DNA from: Desulfocapsa sulfexigens DSM 10523
Lineage (GTDB): Bacteria > Desulfobacterota > Desulfobulbia > Desulfobulbales > Desulfocapsaceae
Length of the DNA: 32,000 bases
Direction: 5' to 3'
Assembly: GCF_000341395.1 (NCBI RefSeq)
Contig: NC_020304.1
Coordinates: 570,001 to 602,000 of the forward strand
Positions 7,362 through 15,753 of the stretch are shown one piece after another. The notes below the pieces were generated by a model, which saw only the letters and a list, made by a program, of their open reading frames with translations, did not search any database and was not told where the DNA came from. Position 1 is the stretch's first letter. Every line of letters begins with the position of its first letter. Position numbers and translations under genes: made by a program.

Positions 7362-9786
7362 GTTCGCCAGTTTTCGTATCCATTGATTTCTGATCCATTA
7401 TCTTGTGCAAAATGGCAGGAAGAGAACCAGGTTGCAGATAATCCTCCCCCAGTCCCTGTTTGAAAATTTTTGCGGACTGTTCAGAGATATCATCCCAGCT
7501 TAAATCCTTACCCGACTTCGCTACCGCTTCAAAAAGGAATTCGTTATAGGGATTATTCACAACCGCCTTACCAGTACCAACGGTTGCCAGGATATCCACA
7601 TTATTCTTAAAGAGTGTCGCAAGCTCAGAATACGCCCGGATGCCACCACAGGACCCAAGGCTCATAAAACGCTGTTTGTTGCCAAGATCAACTTCGGTTA
7701 CGGCCCCATCTTCAATAAGTTTAGATATGGGCTCTATCAACTGTTCAGAGCGCCAGTAACTGTGTCCACGCTGGGCAAACATCTCATGACCACCCGTCAG
7801 GAACTGGTTCAGAAGAGCAGCCTGCACAGCCTCACCTTGAAATAAAAAGACGGAATGAGATATTTCGATACCATTCATCGTTTGCACCCAGTCCAGCACA
7901 AGAGGGTGCCTCGACTGAAGTCGAAACAATGCATGCAAAGTGCTACTCGGCTGAGAATCATAGGAACGAATCAGGCTTGCAGCCTGTGACACTACATCGG
8001 GAGCCACTCCCAGTCGAAAAGAAGTTGAAAGCCGTGGCCGATAGCCCTCTTTACTCAGAAAATGACAGTTGGAAAGGTAGGACTGCCTGCCATCATCATC
8101 ATCATGAAAAACTGACAGGCTGGAAAGCTTCCCATCGGATTTCCACTCCTCAAAGGCAGTTTTAGCGTAGGCCTGCAGGGGAATAGCACCATACTCATAC
8201 ATCATCATTCTGATGCGTATCTTATCCACCTCACCCACAAACTCTGAATAATACTCCAGGTAATACTGTAAAATTACCCGTAACTGCATAGTAAAAACTG
8301 TATTCTGCTCACGAATAGCTGAAAGCATTTTACCTATAAGGTAGGTTCGGGTATCCGGTTGAATGGTTTCCAGCAAGGTCATAAATGTTGCCGAAAAAAG
8401 AATCAGACTGTTCTCGTCCTGAAAAGCAGATTGTGTCACCAGATCGAGTACCCGGTTCTGTTCTTTGGGGTCAACCGGAAAAAACAATCCGAGTTTTCCA
8501 CGCTGTGCGAGACTGATTATAAAATCTGACACATGGTTGTTTGCAGGATCAACAGCAAGGAGGAACTGTAGAAGATTTGCCCGAAAGTTTTCATCCATCC
8601 GATCCTTCAGTACCGGCACCAGAATGTCCCGAAACGAGGAATCATACAATTCACTCCCCTTGGAGAGCAGAATATAGATATTGGAAGTGGTGGTATCATA
8701 TGCCGCCTGCACACGAGCCCTGCCCGTTGCCTTGCGCAGAACAGCAATTGCCGTTTGTTTTTTTCCACGACCCAATGCAGCGTAAAAAGAATTTTTATAT
8801 TCCTCACGAACCTTCCAGTCCAGACGCTTCCAGAGAATCTCCAGCCCTGCAGCAGAATGTCCATTTAATGCTGCAGCAGAGATCTCCCGTCCCAGCAAAT
8901 CGGTCACCGAGTGGAGATCATTAATCTTCCATGTCAGATAGTCTGAAGCTTCAGCGAATCCCTTTAGCAGCAATGCCTTTTCAGCAGGATCCATGGCAAA
9001 GAACAACCACTCTTGATCCTGCTGACTCTTGCCAAAATAGTTTTTCACCCAATACAGAGCTGTTTCCGGGGTGATTTTCTGTTTAAACAGTCCCCGCGCA
9101 TTCCAGGCATCGGTTATTGAAAACCTGCCCAGCTGCTCTATGATTTCAAGCGCTTTATAGGCGTTCATTGCCTTGATTCTGCAGCACTCCTCCACTGCCC
9201 ACTGCTGTTTTTCATTCATTCGTTCAATCAGAGCCATGGCATCAGCAATGCTTTCTCTGCTCTGTCCCGGCAGGAGGAGGAAGGCCTTCAGAGCCCAACC
9301 TGCTGACTCTCTCACCTTTTCTATCCGATCCGTAAAAGCAAGTAACTCCGATGCTGTAAGCACATCAACCAGGGCAAAGGCCGTCATGACACGTCCTCTG
9401 GAATAATCAAGTTTCTCCAGCTTTTCAAGGAATTGCCAGGATTTCTCTGCATCCGCCCCCTGGAGAGTAACAAACTGTTCCAGAAGGCGCAGGTTATCAA
9501 AGCTGATCTCTTCTGTAACGAGTCTCCTGATCGCTGCAACAAGCTCGTCTGCAGAAACATACTCAAGCTGGGCAAACGCTCGAAGAGCACGTTTATTTGT
9601 ATAATTCAGTGCATGAATCAACCCCTTATTAAATTCAAAAAGAGACTCATCCTCACAGGCCACCCTGCTGAAAGCCTCCAGGGTCTGCCGATAGCCCTTA
9701 TCAGAGATACGGGCCTGAACAGAAGCCGGAGCTATGAAAACCAAAACAAGAGCTAACACACTAAAAACAGTAAGTTTCTGTCGCAT
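7348..9786 (-). CDS. Secreted protein of unknown function, 812 aa (N-terminal helical repeats, C-terminal His/Cys-containing domain)
   Basis: ATG start. Signal peptide MRQKLTVFSVLALVLVFIAPASVQA with an AxA-type cleavage site. Long uninterrupted ORF with normal composition. Its stop lies 14 nt inside the holA-like gene. No family recognised by eye. Confidence 0.7.
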   Translation of the reverse strand: MRQKLTVFSVLALVLVFIAPASVQARISDKGYRQTLEAFSRVACEDESLFEFNKGLIHALNYTNKRALRAFAQLEYVSADELVAAIRRLVTEEISFDNLRLLEQFVTLQGADAEKSWQFLEKLEKLDYSRGRVMTAFALVDVLTASELLAFTDRIEKVRESAGWALKAFLLLPGQSRESIADAMALIERMNEKQQWAVEECCRIKAMNAYKALEIIEQLGRFSITDAWNARGLFKQKITPETALYWVKNYFGKSQQDQEWLFFAMDPAEKALLLKGFAEASDYLTWKINDLHSVTDLLGREISAAALNGHSAAGLEILWKRLDWKVREEYKNSFYAALGRGKKQTAIAVLRKATGRARVQAAYDTTTSNIYILLSKGSELYDSSFRDILVPVLKDRMDENFRANLLQFLLAVDPANNHVSDFIISLAQRGKLGLFFPVDPKEQNRVLDLVTQSAFQDENSLILFSATFMTLLETIQPDTRTYLIGKMLSAIREQNTVFTMQLRVILQYYLEYYSEFVGEVDKIRIRMMMYEYGAIPLQAYAKTAFEEWKSDGKLSSLSVFHDDDDGRQSYLSNCHFLSKEGYRPRLSTSFRLGVAPDVVSQAASLIRSYDSQPSSTLHALFRLQSRHPLVLDWVQTMNGIEISHSVFLFQGEAVQAALLNQFLTGGHEMFAQRGHSYWRSEQLIEPISKLIEDGAVTEVDLGNKQRFMSLGSCGGIRAYSELATLFKNNVDILATVGTGKAVVNNPYNEFLFEAVAKSGKDLSWDDISEQSAKIFKQGLGEDYLQPGSLPAILHKIMDQKSMDTKTGEHGTD

Positions 9787-9946
9787 TTCTTATTAAATTA
9801 AATAAAATAGATGTTGATTGATGATTTCTTGACTTCTTCTGCAAACGATATAGGATGCTTGCCTTTCCGGCACACACCCGGGAAAACACTTACAGTAATA
9901 GTCATTTCAAAAGAAATATCAAAATTTTCCCGGATATCTTCAGACA

Positions 9947-10837
9947 GTGAAACAGAGCAACTCTCAAATACTTCCAACTCTCTGTCTGTTGCTGGCCACG
10001 TTTCTCTGGGCAAGTTCTTTTATCGCCCTAAAGCTCGCTTTTGTTGACTACCACCCGATGGTGGTCATTGCAGGTCGAATGGTTGTTGCATCCCTTGCCT
10101 TTTTCTTTCTATTACCACGTTTCCGCAAAATTCGCATTCGCCATCAGGATTTTAAACTGCTCGGATTCATGGCACTCTGCGAACCCTGTTTATACTTTAT
10201 TTTTGAAGCCCTTGCCCTGAAAAACACTTCGGCCTCACAAGCCTCAATGATTACAACCATGTTGCCCCTGCTGGTTGCCGTAGCATCTGGGATTTTTCTT
10301 GCTGAGAGATTTTCTCTCCAAAATATAATCGGATTGGGGCTTGCCATGGCCGGTGCATTCGGATTAAGCATCGGAGGGGATATCAATGAACAGGCCCCAT
10401 CCCCATTGCTTGGTAATTTATTTGAATTTCTGGCAATGGTCTGTGCCACGGCATACACCATTGCTATCAAAAAACTGACCAGTCGCTATTCCCCACTCTT
10501 CCTTACAGCTGTCCAGGCATGGGTAGGGGCGCTCTTTTTTCTCCCCATGCTGCTGCTCCCCCAAATTCAGGTCCCTGACAATTTCATTCTAATCCCAACG
10601 GCAGCCATCGTCTATCTGGGCCTGGCTGTCACCATTGTTGCCTACGGCTCATATAACTATGCCCTCTCGGCAATGGATGCGGGAAAAGCTTCCATATATG
10701 TAAACCTTATCCCCCTCTTTACCATACTCCTCAGCTGGATTGTCTTCAAAGAATCCTTCAGTCTCTTTCAATATTGTGCAGGATTTGTTATATTTTTTGG
10801 AGTGGGTCTAAGCCAGGGATTCTGGATAAAAAAATAA
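9947..10837 (+). CDS. EamA/DMT-family transporter
   Basis: 296 aa with a GTG start. About 10 hydrophobic helices in two halves. ATFLWASSFIALK and VNLIPLFTILLSWIVFKE are typical of EamA repeats. Confidence 0.8.
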   Translation: MKQSNSQILPTLCLLLATFLWASSFIALKLAFVDYHPMVVIAGRMVVASLAFFFLLPRFRKIRIRHQDFKLLGFMALCEPCLYFIFEALALKNTSASQASMITTMLPLLVAVASGIFLAERFSLQNIIGLGLAMAGAFGLSIGGDINEQAPSPLLGNLFEFLAMVCATAYTIAIKKLTSRYSPLFLTAVQAWVGALFFLPMLLLPQIQVPDNFILIPTAAIVYLGLAVTIVAYGSYNYALSAMDAGKASIYVNLIPLFTILLSWIVFKESFSLFQYCAGFVIFFGVGLSQGFWIKK

Positions 10838-10865
10838 AGTTAACAGAACAATACAAATACAACCA

Positions 10866-11357
10866 ATGGACAAGACAACCCGTAGAGAAGTGGAAAAAAG
10901 TTTTCTTGAGGTCTCCCGTGCAGCTGCCAGAAAAAAAATCTATGCCCTCCGTGCGGAACAGGATGGTGAAAGTCAACTGGCACGACTTTTCCGTGCAATT
11001 GCTATCTCGGAGGAGGCTCAGGCAACTCGCCTTCTCCTGCAGTTACGTGGCCAGACAGGAACTAATTATCAAAATTGTAAAACTTCATTTGAAGAAGAAA
11101 TTCCAAACCTGAAAAAACAGTATGAACAGGCCATGGAGAAGGCTGCAGCCGCAGGAGAACGTGCCATATCATCTCTTTTTGCACAATCTGCTAAGGTAGA
11201 ACGCATTCACCTGAACCTTAAGAAGAAGTTGGAAACGACCTCCACGAAAGACACAAGCTATCACATATGCTCATTCTGCGGATTTATCATGGAAAACCAT
11301 CCACCCGAGAAATGTCCAGTCTGCACTGCCCCTGCCAGCCGTTTCAAGAATATATAA
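10866..11357 (+). CDS. Rubrerythrin-family protein (ferritin-like four-helix domain plus C-terminal rubredoxin-like Cys4)
   Basis: 163 aa. C-terminal CSFCGF...(12)...CPVCTAPASRF matches the CxxC...CxxC rubredoxin-like end of rubrerythrins. An ExxH (VERIH) is present in the second helix pair. Confidence 0.75.
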   Translation: MDKTTRREVEKSFLEVSRAAARKKIYALRAEQDGESQLARLFRAIAISEEAQATRLLLQLRGQTGTNYQNCKTSFEEEIPNLKKQYEQAMEKAAAAGERAISSLFAQSAKVERIHLNLKKKLETTSTKDTSYHICSFCGFIMENHPPEKCPVCTAPASRFKNI

Positions 11358-11549
11358 AGACGGACGCCTATCTGCATACTGGGAGTACACTCGTTTTCCC
11401 ATTTCAGTAGATACGGTATTATGGCCAGTGAGATGAAAGAAGTTTACGTCCAAAAAAAGTGACGGCCGCTTAATTGATTCCTTTGTTTTAAAAATTTTCA
11501 GGATGTGATAAGCGAAGTGTTGAGTGTTCACCATTTCACAAAAAACTCT

Positions 11550-12479
11550 ATGGCTAACAATAAAATGCATGGAATTGACAAGGCCGTCCTAGACTGGCTG
11601 GATGAAGAGCTGCAAGACACCTTTGACGAAGATTATGAACTGGAACTTTCAGAATCCGAGTTGTCGCTTGAGCTGAAAAAGATATACAACAAACAACATC
11701 TATCACCCCTTGACCGCAAAGTATATTTCAAGTCCCTCCTTGCACTCCAGGCTGAACTGATCAAGATGATGACATGGGCTGAGCACACCGGGGAAAAAAT
11801 AGTAGTTATTTTCGAAGGACGTGATTCTGCTGGAAAGGGTGGTGTTATCAAGCGTATCACCCAAAGGCTCAATCCTCGGACCTGTCGAGTTGTCGCGCTC
11901 AACAAGCCGACTCGAAATGAAAAATCGCAATGGTACTTCCAGCGTTACGTGCAACATCTTCCTTCAGCCGGTGAACTCGTCCTGTTTGACCGATCCTGGT
12001 ACAACCGGTCTGGAGTCGAGCAGGTAATGGGATTTGCCACACCAGAGCAAGTCGAGGAGTTCTTTCAGGATGTGACTGAATTTGAGCGCATGATTGTCCG
12101 TTCAGGGGTACGCCTGATAAAATACTGGTTCTCCATCACAGATGAAGAACAGCACCTGCGCTTTCTCATGCGCATCCACGATCCGCTGAAACAATGGAAA
12201 TTAAGTCCAATGGATCTTCAAGCAAGAGTACGCTGGGAAGCATACACCAAAGCGAAAGAGGACACTCTAAAAAGAACAAATACCCCAGAGGCTCCCTGGT
12301 ATATCGTTGAAGGCAATGACAAGAAACGAGCACGACTCAACTGCATTCGTCATTTGCTTGACCAGATTCCTTATAAAGAGGTCCCCTACGAACCAATCAC
12401 GTTACCAGACAGGGTACGTAATCCAGAATATGAGCGAGCAGTACTACCACCAGAGCTGTATGTGCCGAAAAAATATTAA
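11550..12479 (+). CDS. ppk2: Polyphosphate kinase 2 (PPK2 family)
   Basis: Walker A-like FEGRDSAGKGGVIKRITQRLNPR, then RSWYNR and the PPK2 lid region. Start is uncertain: the ORF track begins at a GTG (11505), and the first in-frame ATG is at 11550. Neither has a good Shine-Dalgarno. Confidence 0.85.
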   Translation: MANNKMHGIDKAVLDWLDEELQDTFDEDYELELSESELSLELKKIYNKQHLSPLDRKVYFKSLLALQAELIKMMTWAEHTGEKIVVIFEGRDSAGKGGVIKRITQRLNPRTCRVVALNKPTRNEKSQWYFQRYVQHLPSAGELVLFDRSWYNRSGVEQVMGFATPEQVEEFFQDVTEFERMIVRSGVRLIKYWFSITDEEQHLRFLMRIHDPLKQWKLSPMDLQARVRWEAYTKAKEDTLKRTNTPEAPWYIVEGNDKKRARLNCIRHLLDQIPYKEVPYEPITLPDRVRNPEYERAVLPPELYVPKKY

Positions 12480-12603
12480 GGGTTGCATCGCAGTTTGCGT
12501 GCAATCCAAAAATCCATATTGAACACTAAGCTCATCATAGATCAGCACGAGTAATCCGGGCAAAAAAAGAGTACCCTGTTCCCGATTTTTTATATTTCTC
12601 GTT

Positions 12604-14736
12604 TCACTTCTCGTCAAGCAGTGCTCTCAAGCCCTCTCTTGTATTTACAGGTATTCTGCAGGTAAAATCTTCACATACATAGGCCGTCGCACGACCATCA
12701 ATTTTTTTAACCGTGCCGATAAAAGGAAGGCCTCCACGCAGGAACTGCTGATTTTTCCCGCCATCGGCCAGAAGCAGTAAAGTATTGGGAAGATACCTGG
12801 AATGCACTTCACTGAGGAGCTCCCTGGTGTCATCAGCCTCAAGCGTACCCGCTATAACGATCTGCCTCGGTTTATCCATCTGAAAATCCATGGCACTGAG
12901 CATCATAGGCATGGCAGGCGGATAGGTGGACAGAGTTTTTCCAAAAGACTCAATACTTTCTGTGGCAAGAGCCACCCACTCGTTATTCCCTGTCAGTCCT
13001 GCGAGGCGCAACAGGTTCATAACGGCGACGGAATTCCCCGATGGTTCCGCTCCATCGTAAGCTGCCCTCATCCTGGTAAGCAGTTGTGTTGATTGAGGAG
13101 TATCATAGAAGCCTCCTTTTTCATCAGCGAAGATTCGTATCATTTTTTCAGTGAGATCGACTGCCGCCTGCAAACGTATCGAATCATGACTCGCCAGATA
13201 CAAATCCAACAAACCCTGAACCAAAAAACTGTAATCATCCAGTCCGGCAGCGTATCGTGCATCACCATCCCGCCATCGTCGTACAAGCTCTCCGTCCACC
13301 GTAAGTCTATCAAGAAGAAAATCCGTGGCCTGGTTTGCGGCAGCCAGATACCTTTTTTCTCCGAGAACCATAGCCGCTCGTGCAAAAGCCGAGATCATCA
13401 AGCCGTTCCATGAGGTAAGGATTTTATCATCCAAATGGGGTGCCGTGCGATCTTGGCGATGGCTCAACAGGCTGCGCCTGGCATCCTGAAGGATATCTCT
13501 GGCCTCCTCTTCACTCAGCCCAACTTCCCTTGCCACTTCCGACAACTCTTTGTCCCGGTAGAAAATATTGCGACCAGTAAATTCTTTCTGTGGATCATGA
13601 AGGGCATTTCCCTTTGCTTTCACGCCATAATATGCCTTGATAAGAGCAGCCTGTTTTTCCGTCAACAGAGTGTCTATCTCCTCCTCCGTCCACAGATAAA
13701 ATGCTCCCTCACCATGCTCTTCAAGATTGTAGGGATTCACAGAATCAGCATCCTCTGCTGAATAAAAGCCACCCTCCGGATGCCGCATATCCCGAAGCAC
13801 ATACTCAAGGACCTCGACAACTATTTCTTTATACGCACTATCTCCCGTCAACTGAAACGCTGACAGGTAGGCAAAAACGAGCTGACTCTGATCATAGAGC
13901 ATCTTCTCAAAATGGGGCACCCGCCATCTGCCGTCGACCGAATACCGATGAAATCCTCCACCGATCTGATCATACATTCCGCCGCCAGCCATTTGCTCCA
14001 GGGTAACAAGCGCCATGTCACGGGCTGCCTTCCTACCAGTTGATTTATAGTAGCGAAGAAGAAAATCAATCACCACTGGCCGTGGGAACTTAGGTGCCTG
14101 GCCAAATCCACCATACTTTGGATCATAACTCTCTTCCAATTGAGAAAAACCCTTATCCAGCCATGCCTTTTCAGGGGACACTCTGCCATCAGAAGTATCC
14201 TTTCGTAGTAAAGATGTTACCTGTTCTGCTGAAAGACTTAAACTCTCCCTGTCCGTTAACCAGGCAGTCTTAATGGCCTGCAGTATCTCCATAAATCCCG
14301 GCCTCCCATAGTCAGCACGTGGAGGAAAGTATGTTCCTGCATAGAACGGCCTGGTGTCCGGAAAGAGAAAAAGTGACATGGGCCAGCCACCGCTACCGGT
14401 CATGGCCTGGGTTGCCGCCATATAAATCTGATCAACATCCGGACGCTCTTCCCGATCTACCTTTATGGGAATAAAATAACTGTTCAGAAAATCTGCAATT
14501 TCCTGATCCTCAAAAGATTGATGGGCCATAACATGACACCAGTGACAGGTGGAATAACCAATTGAAAGGAAGATTGGCTTATCCTCACTCACCGCCCTGG
14601 AAAGGGCCTCCTCACTCCATGGATACCAGTCAACCGGATTATTGACATGCTGCAATAGATAAGGGCTCTTTTCATGAAACAGATGATTTGTCTGTTTTGA
14701 GTGGAGGGCAGTGTTTTTTTCACTAGTATTTTTCAT
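12604..14736 (-). CDS. Thioredoxin-domain protein of the DUF255/YyaL type (thioredoxin-like N-domain plus alpha/alpha-toroid domain)
   Basis: [22 protein letters not shown]...[18 protein letters not shown]...[14 protein letters not shown] is the DUF255 signature with a CxxC (CHWC). Start trimmed to the ATG at 14736 (MKNTSEK), which has GGAAGAG upstream. The ORF-track start at 14763 is a GTG. Confidence 0.85.
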   Translation of the reverse strand: MKNTSEKNTALHSKQTNHLFHEKSPYLLQHVNNPVDWYPWSEEALSRAVSEDKPIFLSIGYSTCHWCHVMAHQSFEDQEIADFLNSYFIPIKVDREERPDVDQIYMAATQAMTGSGGWPMSLFLFPDTRPFYAGTYFPPRADYGRPGFMEILQAIKTAWLTDRESLSLSAEQVTSLLRKDTSDGRVSPEKAWLDKGFSQLEESYDPKYGGFGQAPKFPRPVVIDFLLRYYKSTGRKAARDMALVTLEQMAGGGMYDQIGGGFHRYSVDGRWRVPHFEKMLYDQSQLVFAYLSAFQLTGDSAYKEIVVEVLEYVLRDMRHPEGGFYSAEDADSVNPYNLEEHGEGAFYLWTEEEIDTLLTEKQAALIKAYYGVKAKGNALHDPQKEFTGRNIFYRDKELSEVAREVGLSEEEARDILQDARRSLLSHRQDRTAPHLDDKILTSWNGLMISAFARAAMVLGEKRYLAAANQATDFLLDRLTVDGELVRRWRDGDARYAAGLDDYSFLVQGLLDLYLASHDSIRLQAAVDLTEKMIRIFADEKGGFYDTPQSTQLLTRMRAAYDGAEPSGNSVAVMNLLRLAGLTGNNEWVALATESIESFGKTLSTYPPAMPMMLSAMDFQMDKPRQIVIAGTLEADDTRELLSEVHSRYLPNTLLLLADGGKNQQFLRGGLPFIGTVKKIDGRATAYVCEDFTCRIPVNTREGLRALLDEK

Positions 14737-14903
14737 AAATTTTTCTCTTCCCTGCCCCGACACACAACCAGTCAGAGCAAAATAAATGATTTCCCATATA
14801 AGAACCTTGTTTTGTAATCATTGCTTTTGTCATATCAAACACAGTATATCTGAAGAAACGGATAGCAATAAAAATAACTATTACCATACAACAAAAACAG
14901 ACT

Positions 14904-14941
14904 CTATTTTAGACTGGGTATATTTACCCAGTCTAAAATAG
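14904..14941. repeat. Perfect 17-bp-arm inverted repeat (38-bp palindrome) in a divergent intergenic region
   Basis: CTATTTTAGACTGGGTA (14904-14920), loop tatt, TACCCAGTCTAAAATAG (14925-14941). All 17 positions pair. On the minus strand it is followed by AGTCTGTTTTTGTTGT. Confidence 0.9.
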
Positions 14942-15063
14942 GTATTTCCATCAATTGATCTTCCAGAGCAAAATGCTAACATTAAGAGAAGGAATGATAT
15001 TCATTAATACAGAAAATAAACAAAAAGGAGAGATTCAGCCATAAGTACCTGAGCAAAAAGATC

Positions 15064-15090
15064 TTCCCTTAGAAAGGGAACTTTTTTCAT
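15064..15090. terminator. Short bidirectional terminator-like hairpin ~30 nt upstream of the PilZ gene
   Basis: TTCCCTT (15064-15070), loop aga, AAGGGAA (15074-15080). Followed by CTTTTTT on the + strand and GATCTTTTTGC on the minus strand. The stem is only 7 bp. Confidence 0.3.
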
Positions 15091-15120
15091 ACGACTTTAA
15101 AATCAAACGGGTTATTGATT

Positions 15121-15456
15121 ATGGAAAAAAGACAATATTTCAGAGCAAAATTGAATGGCACGGAAGTACATATCTCCGATCAGGCGGGGTTCTGTATGGC
15201 GACCCTCAAGGATTGCTCACGATTCGGACTTTGCATCACCGACATTCCAAGAAAAATACATACCAAAGACGGTAATTTTATTGCCATTATTTCAACGAAA
15301 GGCATAAACTTCAAACTGCAAATAACGGAGCGTTGGACAACAAAAGATGGTCTTTCAATGCAAATCGGTGGAACCATAGAAAAGCCAAACTGGGATTGGA
15401 CGGAAATGATAATGAAACATGAGCCCATAAATGATGATGTGTGGGCAGCGCATTAA
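15121..15456 (+). CDS. PilZ-domain protein (putative c-di-GMP receptor)
   Basis: 111 aa. RxxxR (RQYFR) near the N-terminus, and DxSxxG (DCSRFG) 23 residues later, the canonical PilZ pair of motifs. Start placed at the ATG at 15121, because the ORF-track start at 15115 is a TTG. Confidence 0.6.
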   Translation: MEKRQYFRAKLNGTEVHISDQAGFCMATLKDCSRFGLCITDIPRKIHTKDGNFIAIISTKGINFKLQITERWTTKDGLSMQIGGTIEKPNWDWTEMIMKHEPINDDVWAAH

Positions 15457-15753
15457 CATCCCAGGAAAATATGTGAATGTCCCCTTTTCAGGAAAGGCAA
15501 TTATTCGCTTTATCAACTATAATTGCACACAGTAGCAATTTACTGACCTTGTTTTTTAACCGGACCTCAATTTCCCCTCCAGAAAGTGACTTCACTTTCA
15601 ACGCTTTTTTCTGCCACTCAAAAGGCCCCCCCTGGTAACATCTCTCTTTTTTTTATCACTGGTGCGGAAAAATTTTGTTTCCGAAGAGCAATGCGATACA
15701 ATAAAAACACAAGCCCAATGACACTGTGACCAGACTTGCCACCAGAGGATTCT

